Source: Utricularia gibba (lineage: Eukaryota > Plantae > Magnoliophyta). From it: a stretch of DNA of 30,476 nt. Position numbers and translations under genes: made by a program. Positions 9,801 to 20,400 of the stretch are shown here, piece after piece. How positions within the stretch are numbered: the stretch's first letter is position 1; every line of letters begins with the position of its first letter. The stretch lies in NCBI GenBank assembly GCA_002189035.1, contig NEEC01000166.1:1-30476 (forward strand), in the 5' to 3' direction. The notes beneath the pieces were generated by a model. It saw only the letters and a program-made list of their open reading frames with translations. It had not been told where the DNA came from and did no database searches.

Positions 9801-12800
9801 TCTTGATCTTAAGCTCATATTTTCGCTCATTACTAATGGAAGCCTAACCATGGTTTGCCTAGTATGGATGAGTAGGGATGTGACTCCTTAAGGTTGGAGA
9901 TAGTTGATTGATCAATAAAGGATTCATCACTCATGTTAGCAATGAGATCATATCTCAAGTAATTGCATCAAAGCCTAACAATAAGTCCTAGGCCTAGAAT
10001 GACACTCGAATTGTTTGAGTAGGTCATTGAGTGTTAGTGCTTGAATGCAATTATAAGTTCGATACATCATAAAGACACACACCCATGTTCTGGTATCGAA
10101 TGACATATAAGTATGATGAAAGCTGTTCATTACATGGTGGCTGCTCATGGAAAGGCTCAATCAGTTCACATGATTATTCTTTAATCTTGGGGATCATGAT
10201 ATGTTGCTAGACATCACTCATGATCGATAATAATGGATTTGATTAATTAAGAGTTAATTAATAAATCCATTATTACGGCCTTGATTGAGGAAGCCTATAG
10301 GGTCACACACAATAATGGAGTCACTCATCGATATAAAATAGAATGACACAATTACATGAAATGTAATTGGTAAAGTGGATAAATTAAATAGAGAGTTAAT
10401 TTGAGATTAATATTGATTAAACTCAAAATAAAAGATCTCATATATATATGATTTGATATGTCACAAAATTTCTATCAAAAAGATTTAGATCTTGAGATCT
10501 GCTCCAAGGTCTTCGTGCTCTCTGAGATTGATCCACAAGGAGCCTTTTTTCTCTACTAGCACCTGAGAAATTCGACCAGCATTCAAGAACCTTGAGAAGG
10601 TTATCGACGGAGTGCTCCACGTGTGGATACATAGAGGCCGTCTGCTGTTGGCGGTTGGTGAACAACCGAGTCATCTGAAAGGTATTTTGAACATCCCTGA
10701 ATCTGACGTATACCGTATTCCAAGATCTGCGATTGGGGTTTCTCAAAAATTTTAAAATTCCGCTGCTTTTGAGATATACAATGTCTACAAGAAACCCAAC
10801 ACTCTCTCGTTTTTTCTTTGATGATCCGGCACTTTTCTTCAAAAAAATGCCATTGTTTTTGCCGAATCGGCTTTGCTCCCGGATAGGTATCAATATGATG
10901 TTCAGAAATAGATCGGTTGATATCCACAAAGTCAGCAGTAGACCAAACAAAAATATCTGCATTCTTTCTTAGAAGTCCCACTAACCTTTCCTCAAATTCG
11001 ACGTTCAAGTTGGTGCCAATGCGGGTCGTCTTTTGTGTATCTTTTGGTACTAACTGCAATGACTTGTACCCCACTGGTTCCATTGCTTGCCTGGGAGGTT
11101 CCTTTTCCACCATCATTATTCTTGATTTCTTCGCGTAGGGATCTCGGTAGGAAGACACATAAAAGGATCGGGCGGCTGGTTTGTCGATATCCAGCGTATA
11201 GATGCCCGTTGGTGTTGGAAACTTAACTCTCAGGTGCACGATTGATGGTAACATACCGAATTGGTTGATGCCGGGTCGGCCAAGAATGATGTTATATGAG
11301 ACCTGCGAGTTCAATATCAAGAATTCCAGTCTTTTTGTCCAGTTTCGGCCTGCAACACCAAAGGTTACGAGAAGGGTTATTTTTCCGACCGTCTGCACAG
11401 CCCATTGATCGAATGCGTATAATTCCATGCGGATTGGACGGATATCCCCCTCCTTAGACGATGTGAGTAACTCGACAGCTTCTTTCTTCATGATGTTGTA
11501 GGAAGATCCCTGATTGACGAGAATTCTCCTAACCTTGGTGCTTCCGCATATCCCTGCTAAGGTTCATTTCATGCGATTGGCCCGATGAGAACATCTCTTT
11601 AATAGAATCTGATCTCCTCTTTCGCTCTGTCCTTTGTGTGAGGTCTCAGGTCGCACCATTCCTCCCAGTGTCAGCATGATATTGCTCAATCATCCTTTTC
11701 ATCACTCGATAGTTGACAATATCGTGCCCTATTGTCTTGTGTATCTCATAATAGGAGCCCATTTTGGTTGGTCCCACCTGATACACTTCACGGCGTTTAT
11801 TCAGTCGGGGGACCCTGTTGTGCTGCACTTCTTGCTGCAACCCCGACCGAATTTCTAGGTGGCTTTTCATTTCGGCTCTGAGGTCGTCATCGACTCGGAT
11901 GTATTTCATGATCTTTCTCAAGCTCTCTTTTTGGTGGTCATACCGAATAAAATAAAGTGTTGCCTTTGAAGGTAGAGCTTCGATGTTGATAGCGTATGGG
12001 TAGTGAAGAGCAACACAAACTCTCAATAAGATCCTACACTACACGGTTCTAACTGCTTGAACCAAGTCTTTGCTCCCTTTTGGAGCGAGCAAGTGAACAG
12101 CTTACATGGGATATGGGGTCCCTTTTTTCATCATATGTGGGTAGTTTGTCGGGGACCCTGAATCCCCTCTCTGGTTCTTCCCCAATTAATTCATCCTAGA
12201 AGGGGTCGAAGAGCAGTGCTGGGGTACCGGCCGCTCCTTCAATGCTGCTCTTCAGAGCCAAGTCAATATCGGCCAGAACGTCCCTCTTCCAGTGCATACG
12301 TTCTGAGCAAAGGCATCCCTAAAGCCTCTACTCTCTCTCCTCTTGGGCAGTGTTTGTCTGCCAATAAGTCTTCTTCTCTCACAAATCTGGTCTAGTTCTC
12401 CTTTCAGCTCTTCCTACCTTTTTTCAAGATCTCTCCAGTCATGTTTCCCCTATCGGTTCCTGGCTCATAGATGACTTGGTTGCACCTCTTCCTTCGCAAC
12501 ATCTCCTCCACGGTTTCGGATTCAGTCTCCGTGTCCGGGGAGTATTCCGGAATGAGGGGTTGGTTTTCTGCTCGTTGTGTGGTTTCAAGTGTACCCTCCT
12601 GTGCATTGAGTTCAACCCCGAAGATGCTTTAAAGTCAGAGAAGATTTTCGTCACAAGGGCTTTCAGTTGTTCCCTACGAATGACCATGAGGCCGGGGTCT
12701 TGTATGCCGGCACTTCCTTCATTGCCGGAGTTGGTGGCCATGCTATTTTCCACCATGATGGATGTTTGGTGAGCGGCTTCTGTGGATTTCTCGAGTGGGA

Positions 12801-12900
12801 CAATAGATCTTGCCCCACGGATGTGTTGTTGTACTGCACTTTGCTTGTGAGAAGGGCCTGGCGCATCGTCCGTCCGCGTGAGATGATGGATGGATGGCAT
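6856..12900 (-). pseudogene. Tat/Retand gag-pol polyprotein, degenerate
   Basis: Gag (CKLF...AKTWFKQL, ~12080). PR (RRILVNQGSS ~11510; YNIILGRP). RT (LLEVGYVKEIQYSEW, CVDFTDLN, CCFRVQSGKFLGYYVS). RH (HLLVYYVSKV). Additional RNase H (WAMYVDGS...TNNVTEYEALIEG...DSRLV, 8207-8500). INT (HEEECGSH...CKICQ; VLWSYRT; ends NASHLRKF* at 6856-6858). Many stops and frameshifts. Confidence 0.93.
9675..10801 (+). mobile_element. 5'-truncated Ty1/Copia Angela-type LTR inserted in the Tat RT
   Basis: Reverse complement of 14552-15684, roughly 90% identical by eye. Ends ...TTCCGCTGC...AAACCCAACA. No PBS follows; host pol resumes at 10802. Confidence 0.9.
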
Positions 12901-12934
12901 GCATTCGACACTTCCGCGATGAACGACCCCCCCC

Positions 12935-12952
12935 CCCCCAAGATGGGCACCA
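12935..12952 (-). other. Primer binding site, tRNA-Lys-like
   Basis: TGGTGCCCATCTTGGGGG, 3 nt after the LTR end; 14/18 match to TGGCGCCCACCGTGGGGC (recalled complement of the tRNA-Lys 3' end). Confidence 0.7.
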
Positions 12953-12955
12953 AAA

Positions 12956-13478
12956 TGTTAAGGGTGAAAATCGGCACTGGATTCGGAACCAATTTTTCGG
13001 TTATGGAGTTCACCATATGCGTCGAAACCGAGTAGGGGTTTAGCGAAAATATAGAAGGACAAAGGTTTTTTACGTGGAAACCGTCGAAGAATGGAAAAAC
13101 CATGCAGCTTGTCAGAGCTCACCGGAAAATGACTTCACTAGACAGCGGTGGGGAGGAAATACAAGTTGGAGGGCTTGGAGTCCAACCCTTTTCTTTTCAG
13201 AATTTCTCCTATTTATAGAAGAGGTCGATCTGACCGAATCATGAATTCCGTAGTAGTCGGCTGCTTTCTGTGCTTATTGTACGTGCTGTGATTCTGCCCC
13301 TGGATAACTGCCAACTGCTCTGCTATTACCGTAATTTGCTACTTTTCAATCTGTCCAAAACAGCCGCTTCTAACAAACCCTGATAGTTATCGGTCTATCG
13401 GCATGTGCCGGTGTGTTAGAACATCTTTTGGCTACTTTTTCAGTAACCGATTAGCCAGGCCCGATTTAGACCCCATTA
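12956..13478 (-). repeat. 5' LTR of the Retand-like element (523 bp)
   Basis: Ends ...CCTTAACA before the PBS; starts TAATGGGGTC (TG mutated to TA), placed by homology to the TSD-bounded solo LTR at 18972-19506. TATA box CTATAAATAGG at 13208-13218 (-). Confidence 0.85.
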
Positions 13479-16400
13479 AAGAGACTCTTCATGAACCTCT
13501 TCTTTTTCTTGAATTTATTTCTCCAAGTGCTCCTCAATGAGTCCATCCATGACATCCACCGCACAAATGCTCTCAAAATCCCTAGGGTAATTCTTCACAT
13601 CGTTCATATCCAATGTGATTTTGTCTTCATCAAAAGAAAGCTCAATGGTCCCCATCTTTACATTGATGATAGCATTTGAGGTGCTCAAAAATGGTCTGCT
13701 ATCCTTTGATCCTCCAGTGGGTATATTCACCACATAAAAAATCAGCTGGGAACACAAGATGCTCAATTTTCACCAAAACATCCTCCATCAAGCATTTGGG
13801 AGAAATTACTCTCCTATCCGCTAGCTCAATTTGCACACCCAATGCTTGCAAAGGTCCCAACCTAAGTGCCTCATAAACAGAATTCGACATCACACTTATA
13901 GACATTCCAAGTCTGTCATAGCTCTCTTGATGCACAAATCTCCTATTTTGCATCGAATAAAAAACGTACCCGGATCCTTGCGTTTTTCGAGTAGTTTCCA
14001 TGTGAGAAGTGCTGAGCAGCTTTCACTCAATTTCACCTTTCCCTTCTCCTTCAGTTTGGGTTTGGGCATATATAGCTGCTTCAAATATTTAACACTCTTT
14101 GGCACAAGATCAATATACTCCAAGTTAAATTCAATTGAGTGTTTCCCAATGCTTTGAAAATTTATTCCTTCTCTGTTTGCTCTTCTTTCATCTTCAGCCT
14201 TTTTGGAAAAAGAGGCTAGGTCACCTTCACAGTGACAGGTTCTGGTAGTATTTCAATTTCGTCTTCACCCTGAACAACAACTTCATACTCTTTTGTTTCG
14301 TTTTCCTTAGTCTCAATCTGGACCAATTCTCACCCAGGCTTCTCTTCTCCAATCATAAGTGTCATGTCACTAATGTTCGGTCCTCCACTGGAATTTGGGT
14401 TTGACTTGGGTTGAGATGGTAAGCTCCCTTTCTATTTTACATCTCCATACTCTGCTGCCAACTAACTCACTTGGACCTCCAAATTCCGGATTGCTTATTG
14501 ATTTTCAGCTTGATTTTTGATTGATTGCGCCATGAATGTATTCAACATTTCTGTTGGGTTTCTCGTAGACATCGTATGTCTCAAAAGCAGCGGAATTTAA
14601 AATTTTTGAGAAACCCCAAATGCAGATCTTAGAATACGGTATACATCAGGCAAAGGGATGTTCAAAATACCTTTCAGATGGCTCTGTTGTTCACCAACCG
14701 CCAATAGCAGACGGACTCTATGGTATCCACATGTGGAGCACTCCGTGACTACCTTCTCAAGGCTCTTGAATGCTGGTCGAATTTCTCAGGTGCTAGTAGA
14801 GAAAAACGCCTCCTTGTGGATCAATCTTAAAGAGCACCAAGACCTTTGGAGCAGATCTCAAGATCTCATCTTTTTCGATAGATATTTTGTGACATATCAA
14901 ATCATATCTATATGAGATCTTGTATTTTGAGTTTAATCAATATTAATCTCAAAATAGCTCTCTATTTAATTTATCCACTTTACCAATTTGCATCTCATGT
15001 AATTGTGTCATTCTATTTTATATCGATGAGTGACTCCAGTATTGTGTGTGACCCTATAGGCTTCTTCAATCAAGATTGTAATAATGGATTTATTAATTAA
15101 CTCTTAATTAATCAAATCCATCATTATCGATCATGAGTGATGTCTAGCAACATATCATGATCCCCAAGATTAAAGAATAATCAGGTGAACTGATTGAGCA
15201 CTTCCATGACCAGCTACCATGCAATGAACAACTTTCATCATACTTATATCTCATTCGGTATCAGAACATGGGTGTGTGTCTTTCTGATGTATCGAACTTA
15301 TAATTGCATTCAAGCACTAACACTCAATGACCTACTCAAACAATTCGAGTGTCATTACCCTAGGCCCAGGACTTATTGTTAGGCTTTGATGCAATTACTT
15401 GAGATATGATCTCATCGCTAACATGAGTGATGAATCCTTTATTGATCAATCAACTATCTCCAACCTTAAGGAGTCACATCCCTACTCATCCATACTAGGT
15501 AAGCCATGGTTAGGCTCCCATTAGTTGCATGAGCGAAAATGTGAGTTTAAGATCAAGATAATTTTGTTGATCTCAAGTCTAAGCTTACTTGCATGGCTGT
15601 CATATTTGAGATCTTGCTACTGACACTTGGTTAGCTTCCCATAGTAGCATCTCGAAGATGAGTCATCCAGTGAATCGATTCTCTAATCGACACCCACAGA
15701 TAGGCTCTAGTAATCTCATTACATCAATTGTGAGAACCATTGCTTAAACAGTTTAGGGAACTCAATGTGTGCCAGCCTCTCCGTATTTGTGATATCCTTA
15801 TTTCACAAACACTCTAGCCAGGGAGTGTTTAACTTGATCATGAGTACTTGAAGAATCTCACATTATGATCTCATCATAATTTCTATAGCACATAGATCAA
15901 GTAAAGGATTTTATCAATGATATAAATTTGATCACAATTCAAAGTAAATATCAAAGGATAAGATTTGGCAATGAGTTGATTGTCTTTAGAACACATACAC
16001 TAACAATTTCTTCCAACGAATTTCCGAAATTCCCTCCAGCATTGCCTTGATTTGAGGCTTGAAATGGCTGCTAGTTCTGTTGATTTTGCCTTTGAAATAG
16101 AGGTGCATGATGAGATTTTTGCTCTTGAAAATTTTACTACCCCATTGTTGAGCTTTTCCCTTTGCAAAAATTTTCATTGTTACTTCAACGAAAATTTGGA
16201 TAATCCCTCTAGCTTGGATTGTAAGTATTTCAATATGAATCATATTTATTTCTCTGCTAGGGTCCAAATATCCCATGATTTTGGCATGCTCTTCTTCAAA
16301 TAAATCTAGACACTTATCCACAACATGCCCTGTTCTGTGACAGTTTCGCATAGAATGTTCTTAGCCTGGAATAAGAATAGCTCCTTCATCATTTCTGACA

Positions 16401-16545
16401 TAGTAACAACATTCTTCGTGAGTTCAATCTCTGAAACCTTAGGCTTACTCTCCACTTCATACACTTTCTTGTTTGAGGCTTGCTTTCTGATAATATGCTT
16501 GGAATGCTCAAACAATGAAAGAGCTTCAGTTGGTGTAATTTTCAA
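13479..16545 (-). pseudogene. Old Athila-like gag-protease remnant; host of the Tat element and the Angela solo LTR
   Basis: NSLEEMLNTFMAQ...AIRNLEVQV..LA...GSLPSQP (rejoined across the solo LTR); KDPGTFFIRCKIG...AMTDL...SVM...LGPLQ...LADRRVISP..LMEDVLVKIEHLVFPADF...RPFL. No LTR recognisable at its 5' end. Confidence 0.85.
14552..16005 (-). mobile_element. Angela-type Copia solo LTR (1454 bp)
   Basis: Minus strand reads TGTTAGTGTATGTGTTCTAAAGACAATC...TTCCGCTGC...CCCAACA. TSD ATTTC at 14547-14551 and 16006-16010. No PBS or PPT at the flanks. Confidence 0.93.
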
Positions 16546-16833
16546 TTAACAATCCTAATTTAAGACTATTTATGTTATTCTTTCCAGTTTTTATGCTTTA
16601 CCAATTCTAAATAATTAATTGGGTTCATTTTTATTGCCTTAATTTTCCAGGTATAATAAGCTCGGGCCAGGTATAATAAAGAGCTTCGGTTCTAGGCCAT
16701 ATTTCTTTGGCTCATAATCATTCGACTAAATTGTCTCAGCCTGAAAGAAAACCTAAACCCAAAAAATGGGCCAGGCCGGCCCGACCCCATTCGAAATCCC
16801 AACTCTACTTTCTTATTCATAAATTCATAATTT

Positions 16834-17143
16834 TAATACGTTTGGTTTGTTGGAAAAATCAATTCTTTGAATACAACAAGTAAATGATACGACAAAAAAA
16901 TCTGATTTTTAAAATTTATTTTCAGTTAGAAATAAATCCTAATGATTATTTCATAATATTGAAATGAATGGAAAAATGCAAGTAATATTAAATTATTTAA
17001 TAAGAATATTTTAGTAATATAAATATAAAATACCTAATATCTAAATATTAATACCATTTAACTAGCGAAGAAGTTTAATGACAAAAAACTTAATATTTAA
17101 CCAAATAAAATTTTACATTAATTCATCTAAACCAAATATATTA
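16834..17143. mobile_element. Possible degenerate Tourist-like MITE
   Basis: TAATACGTTTGGTTT (16834-16848) vs AAACCAAATATATTA (17129-17143): 13/15 inverted match around an AT-rich interior. Confidence 0.3.
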
Positions 17144-17162
17144 AACTCATTCCATACCCATT

Positions 17163-17692
17163 TGATAGGTTATTTTGTATTACTTATATTTGTGCTTTTT
17201 GAGACTCACTTAGATGGGTTTTGCATTCTTTTTATCCCACTTTCTTTATGTTTCTAGGAGAATTTTATATCTTTCATACCACTTTGATCTTTTTGGAGGG
17301 AAAGTGTGTTTTGTGATTTTTCAGGATAATTTTGACTTAATTTGGGGGATTTTCGAGCTACTTTGATGGAGACAAAGATTTGGTCCATCCGAATGAAGAC
17401 TCGGTCAAAGATTCTCGGATAAGATAAGATTCACATCTTATCTTGGAAAATTTGGATCTCATCCTAGAAGATTTGTATCAAATCTTAGAAGATTCGGATA
17501 GAAGATTTGATGCGAGCCCATCAAGAAAGCTCAACAAATCCCCACCATTATATAAAAATCCAAACACGAAGACTAAAGGAGCGAATGGTGGACGACCAGA
17601 GAGTCAATCTAGGGTTTAGAGTAGAGTCTAGCATGTTTTGGATTCATTTCCTTTCGTTTTTCATCAACTTTTGTTCTTTAGAGTCTAGCATG
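17163..17692 (+). mobile_element. Probable fragment of an Athila-like LTR (U3 to TATA region)
   Basis: Starts TGATAGGTTATTTTGTAT, T-rich U3-like tract, TATAAAAA near 17551. No 3' terminus or TSD found. Confidence 0.4.
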
Positions 17693-18932
17693 CGCGTGTG
17701 AGCGCTTGTGGCTGAGGATCTGCTGTGAAGCCTTGCTTACTCAAGTCCTGCGCGTGTGACTGTCTTACCATGTTTTTCAGCATTTAATTTGAGGTCTGAT
17801 TCTGTTTTTCGCAACGTTTTCTTTACCAACGTGATCTTTAGGTTGGCTTCAAGCACCTAAGGAGAAGGGCTCAATCGGACATCGTTGGTAAGACACATTT
17901 TGTCTCATCTGTCTGCGAGGTGAGAGGTGTAGGGGTTAGATTTGGGTGTGGGGAAAACATGGGTTATCATAAGAGGTGAAATGGCTGTGGTGGCGTGGTT
18001 GATTCCATAATCCCATAAAGCAAGGGACGGTGCTATAACAGTCACCGAGTAGCACTATTTTAGCATAACACCCCCAAAGCTTGCGCAAGCAGGTCAGTTC
18101 TCAAGGTTTGCACACACGCAAGGGCGAGTTCTCAAGGTGGATCTTAGATCCAAGGCCACTTTTCTTATTGTCTTCAAAACCAAATCTTTCTTTTGTTTTG
18201 GGTCTTTTTTCAGTCTTTTTTTGAAAAGAATATTCTAATAACAATTCTCTATGGATACGATCTTATTTTATTACTTCGATGCTTTCTGTGCACTTGCAGA
18301 ATAACCATCACCATTACACACACAAAAAGGTGCTCAAATTTGATTTTTGGATAAATATGCAACTTCTAACATTAATATACACGTATTAAATTTTTTTTTG
18401 AAACTTGAAATTTTATTAATAAATAAATATTACTTTTTGTGACTTCTAATCACATTTATTATCATTAACGTTTAGACCCTTCCATGTTTAACAACAATAC
18501 CCAGATAAGGTAATTTATAATCATTAATTACATCAAACCTGATTTCATTTTTCATATGGAAGTAAAGGATATAGAGAGCGGTTGGATTAATATTCTATTT
18601 TACCTTTTGAACATAATACATATATTTATAATATATCTTAACTTTAAAATTTATTTACAAATTAACTTTATATTACATTTAGCATTGTTAGAGAACATAT
18701 TATATTATATTTTTAAATAAATTTATCATTTAAATTTTAATAAAAATAATTTATAATTTTAGTTAACATATTTTATTCTTAAATTTCTAAAAATATATAT
18801 CTAAAATTATTTTTTTCCAAAATTCATTATTTTAAGTATATTTAACAAAGAAATGTTAATTATCATGTTTTATAATATTGATAATTATATATATATATAT
18901 ATTATTTATAAAAATAAAAAAAATTTATTAAA

Positions 18933-20006
18933 TTATAATGTTTGTTCTATTTTCATTTTACTATTCAATACTGATGGGGTATAAATTGGATGTGGTTAAT
19001 CAGCTACTGAAAAGGAGCCGAAAGGTGTTTTGGCAGCCTGGTGTAGGTCGACAGACCGATAAGTGTCAGAGTCGACAGCAACGTCCATTTTGCATAGTTT
19101 GAAAAGTAGTCGAATTACGGTAATGACAGAGCAGCCAGTGGTTATCTAAAAGCATGAACACCATCCGGATAACAGGCATAGAAAGCAATTGACATCTATA
19201 GGATTCAGAATTCGGTCAGGTCAACTTCTACGATAAATGCTAGAAACTCCGAGGAAGAAAAGGTTCAACTCCAAGCTCCATGACTTGTATCTCTTCCCAT
19301 CTCCATCTAGTAAAGTTATTTTTCGGCGAGCTCTATAATTTTTCCGTCCTCTAACGATTTCCACATTAAAATCCTTGCCTCCTTTCATCTCTATTAACCG
19401 GATTACGCCACACAATACACTGAAATCTTAGTCGAATATGACGCGTCCAGCCACATCCATGACTGAAAATCGATCCTTGCCGTTGCTCCGATTTTCAACC
19501 ACAACAAATACGTTAGCTAGTCTATAATTTAATAAGGAATTTAATCAATGAACTCATTTTATGACATTTAAATAAAAAATTCGTCAAAATTAACTGACAC
19601 AACTATCATTTGCCCTCCTTTTTTTAATTAAATACTTATGTATTTTTTTCAAATAAATCATAAAAAATTTTCAATTATATTTTTTATGATTGTAAATTTT
19701 TAAAATTTGGGATATATATTTTCAAATAGAACTAATTTCCTGAATTTTGAAACATCAAATTATTTCCATTTAAAATATATATCCCATATTTTAAAAATTT
19801 CTAAAATTTACACTCATAAAAAATATATTTTAAATTTTTTTATAATTTATTTGAAAAAAAACACATGATTATTTAATCAAAAAAGAAAGGAGAACTAATA
19901 AAAGTTGTGGGAATTAGTTTGTAGGGAGTTTTTGATGGACATACCATAAAATAAATTCATTAATTTATTTATCGACTGTAAAATTAAAATAGATCAAATA
20001 TTGTAA
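18933..20006. repeat. AT-rich foldback (long inverted repeat; MITE/MULE-like), left arm interrupted by the solo LTR
   Basis: Left arm 18933-18971 plus 19512-19731; right arm 19764-20006; loop ~32 nt. Inner ~120 bp pair strongly. Confidence 0.8.
18972..19506 (+). mobile_element. Tat/Retand-family solo LTR (535 bp)
   Basis: TGATGGGGTATAAATT...CCGATTTTCAACCACAACA with TSD AATAC at 18967-18971 and 19507-19511. Both ends are homologous to the reverse complement of 12956-13478. Confidence 0.9.
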
Positions 20007-20098
20007 GTTAAAAAAACTATTTTTCAAAGAATTACATTGTTTCTTATAAAATGTTTATATCCATTTTAAATGTAAAAATGAAATATAAAAATCACATA

Positions 20099-20400
20099 TG
20101 TTGATGCAAGAAAGATAAAGTCTTGGAAAGGAACAAAGGGATAATTCTTATGAGATTACTTTGGATGAAAAACAACTCATGAACAATAATAATGACCGAA
20201 AACCTAATTCACACCAGTTTCTAGTAGGGTTTATATATATCCAATACCTAGATTTCCCAACAGTAAGCCACAATCATTAAAAACATACAAAAAGCCCAAC
20301 AACTCGAACCCAACACCTTTTTAATTGAAACATGACTTTATAACACAAGGTTAGTGCTTCCAATCACCTTCAAGATTTGGATTGAGGCTGATCTCCAACA
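20099..20400 (-). repeat. 3' LTR of the Copia element (302 bp)
   Basis: TG..CA; 36 substitutions and 1 indel against 25080-25380 by hand count (~88% identity). Confidence 0.95.

Larger units (their letters stand above)
1..13478 (-). mobile_element. Ty3/Gypsy Tat-clade (Retand-like) LTR retrotransposon, degenerate; 3' LTR lies left of the window
   Basis: 5' LTR 12956-13478, Lys-type PBS, gag-PR-RT-RH-aRH-INT order on the minus strand, long 3' region with an antisense extra ORF. Interrupted by insertions at 151-5490 and 9679-10801. Confidence 0.88.

Noticed and set aside
10601-10801. Cys-containing C-terminal tail (CWVSCRHC...) of the 296-aa ORF as a novel domain
   Set aside because: Read-through of the PR-RT frame into the inserted LTR.
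12476-13103. Overlapping ORFs across the Tat gag start, PBS and LTR
   Set aside because: Antisense or shifted frames over a leader and LTR; no motif support.
9975-15382. Similar ORF pairs 9975-10160 / 15194-15382 and 10438-10962 / 14658-14915
   Set aside because: Chance frames within two copies of the same LTR.
9675-16005. Inversion between the two opposed Angela LTRs
   Set aside because: The solo LTR has matching ATTTC TSDs and both host frames rejoin across their own insertions, so no flank exchange has occurred.
17421-17444. Perfect 10-bp hairpin AAGATAAGAT-TCAC-ATCTTATCTT
   Set aside because: Short, low-complexity and inside a degenerate LTR fragment full of AAGAT repeats; no independent support.
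17900-18150. snRNA, 7SL or telomerase-RNA gene (USE-like ATCCCATAAAG at ~18010)
   Set aside because: Poor match to the plant USE (RTCCCACATCG), unconvincing USE-TATA spacing, no recognisable snRNA 5' sequence and no CTAAACCCT template.
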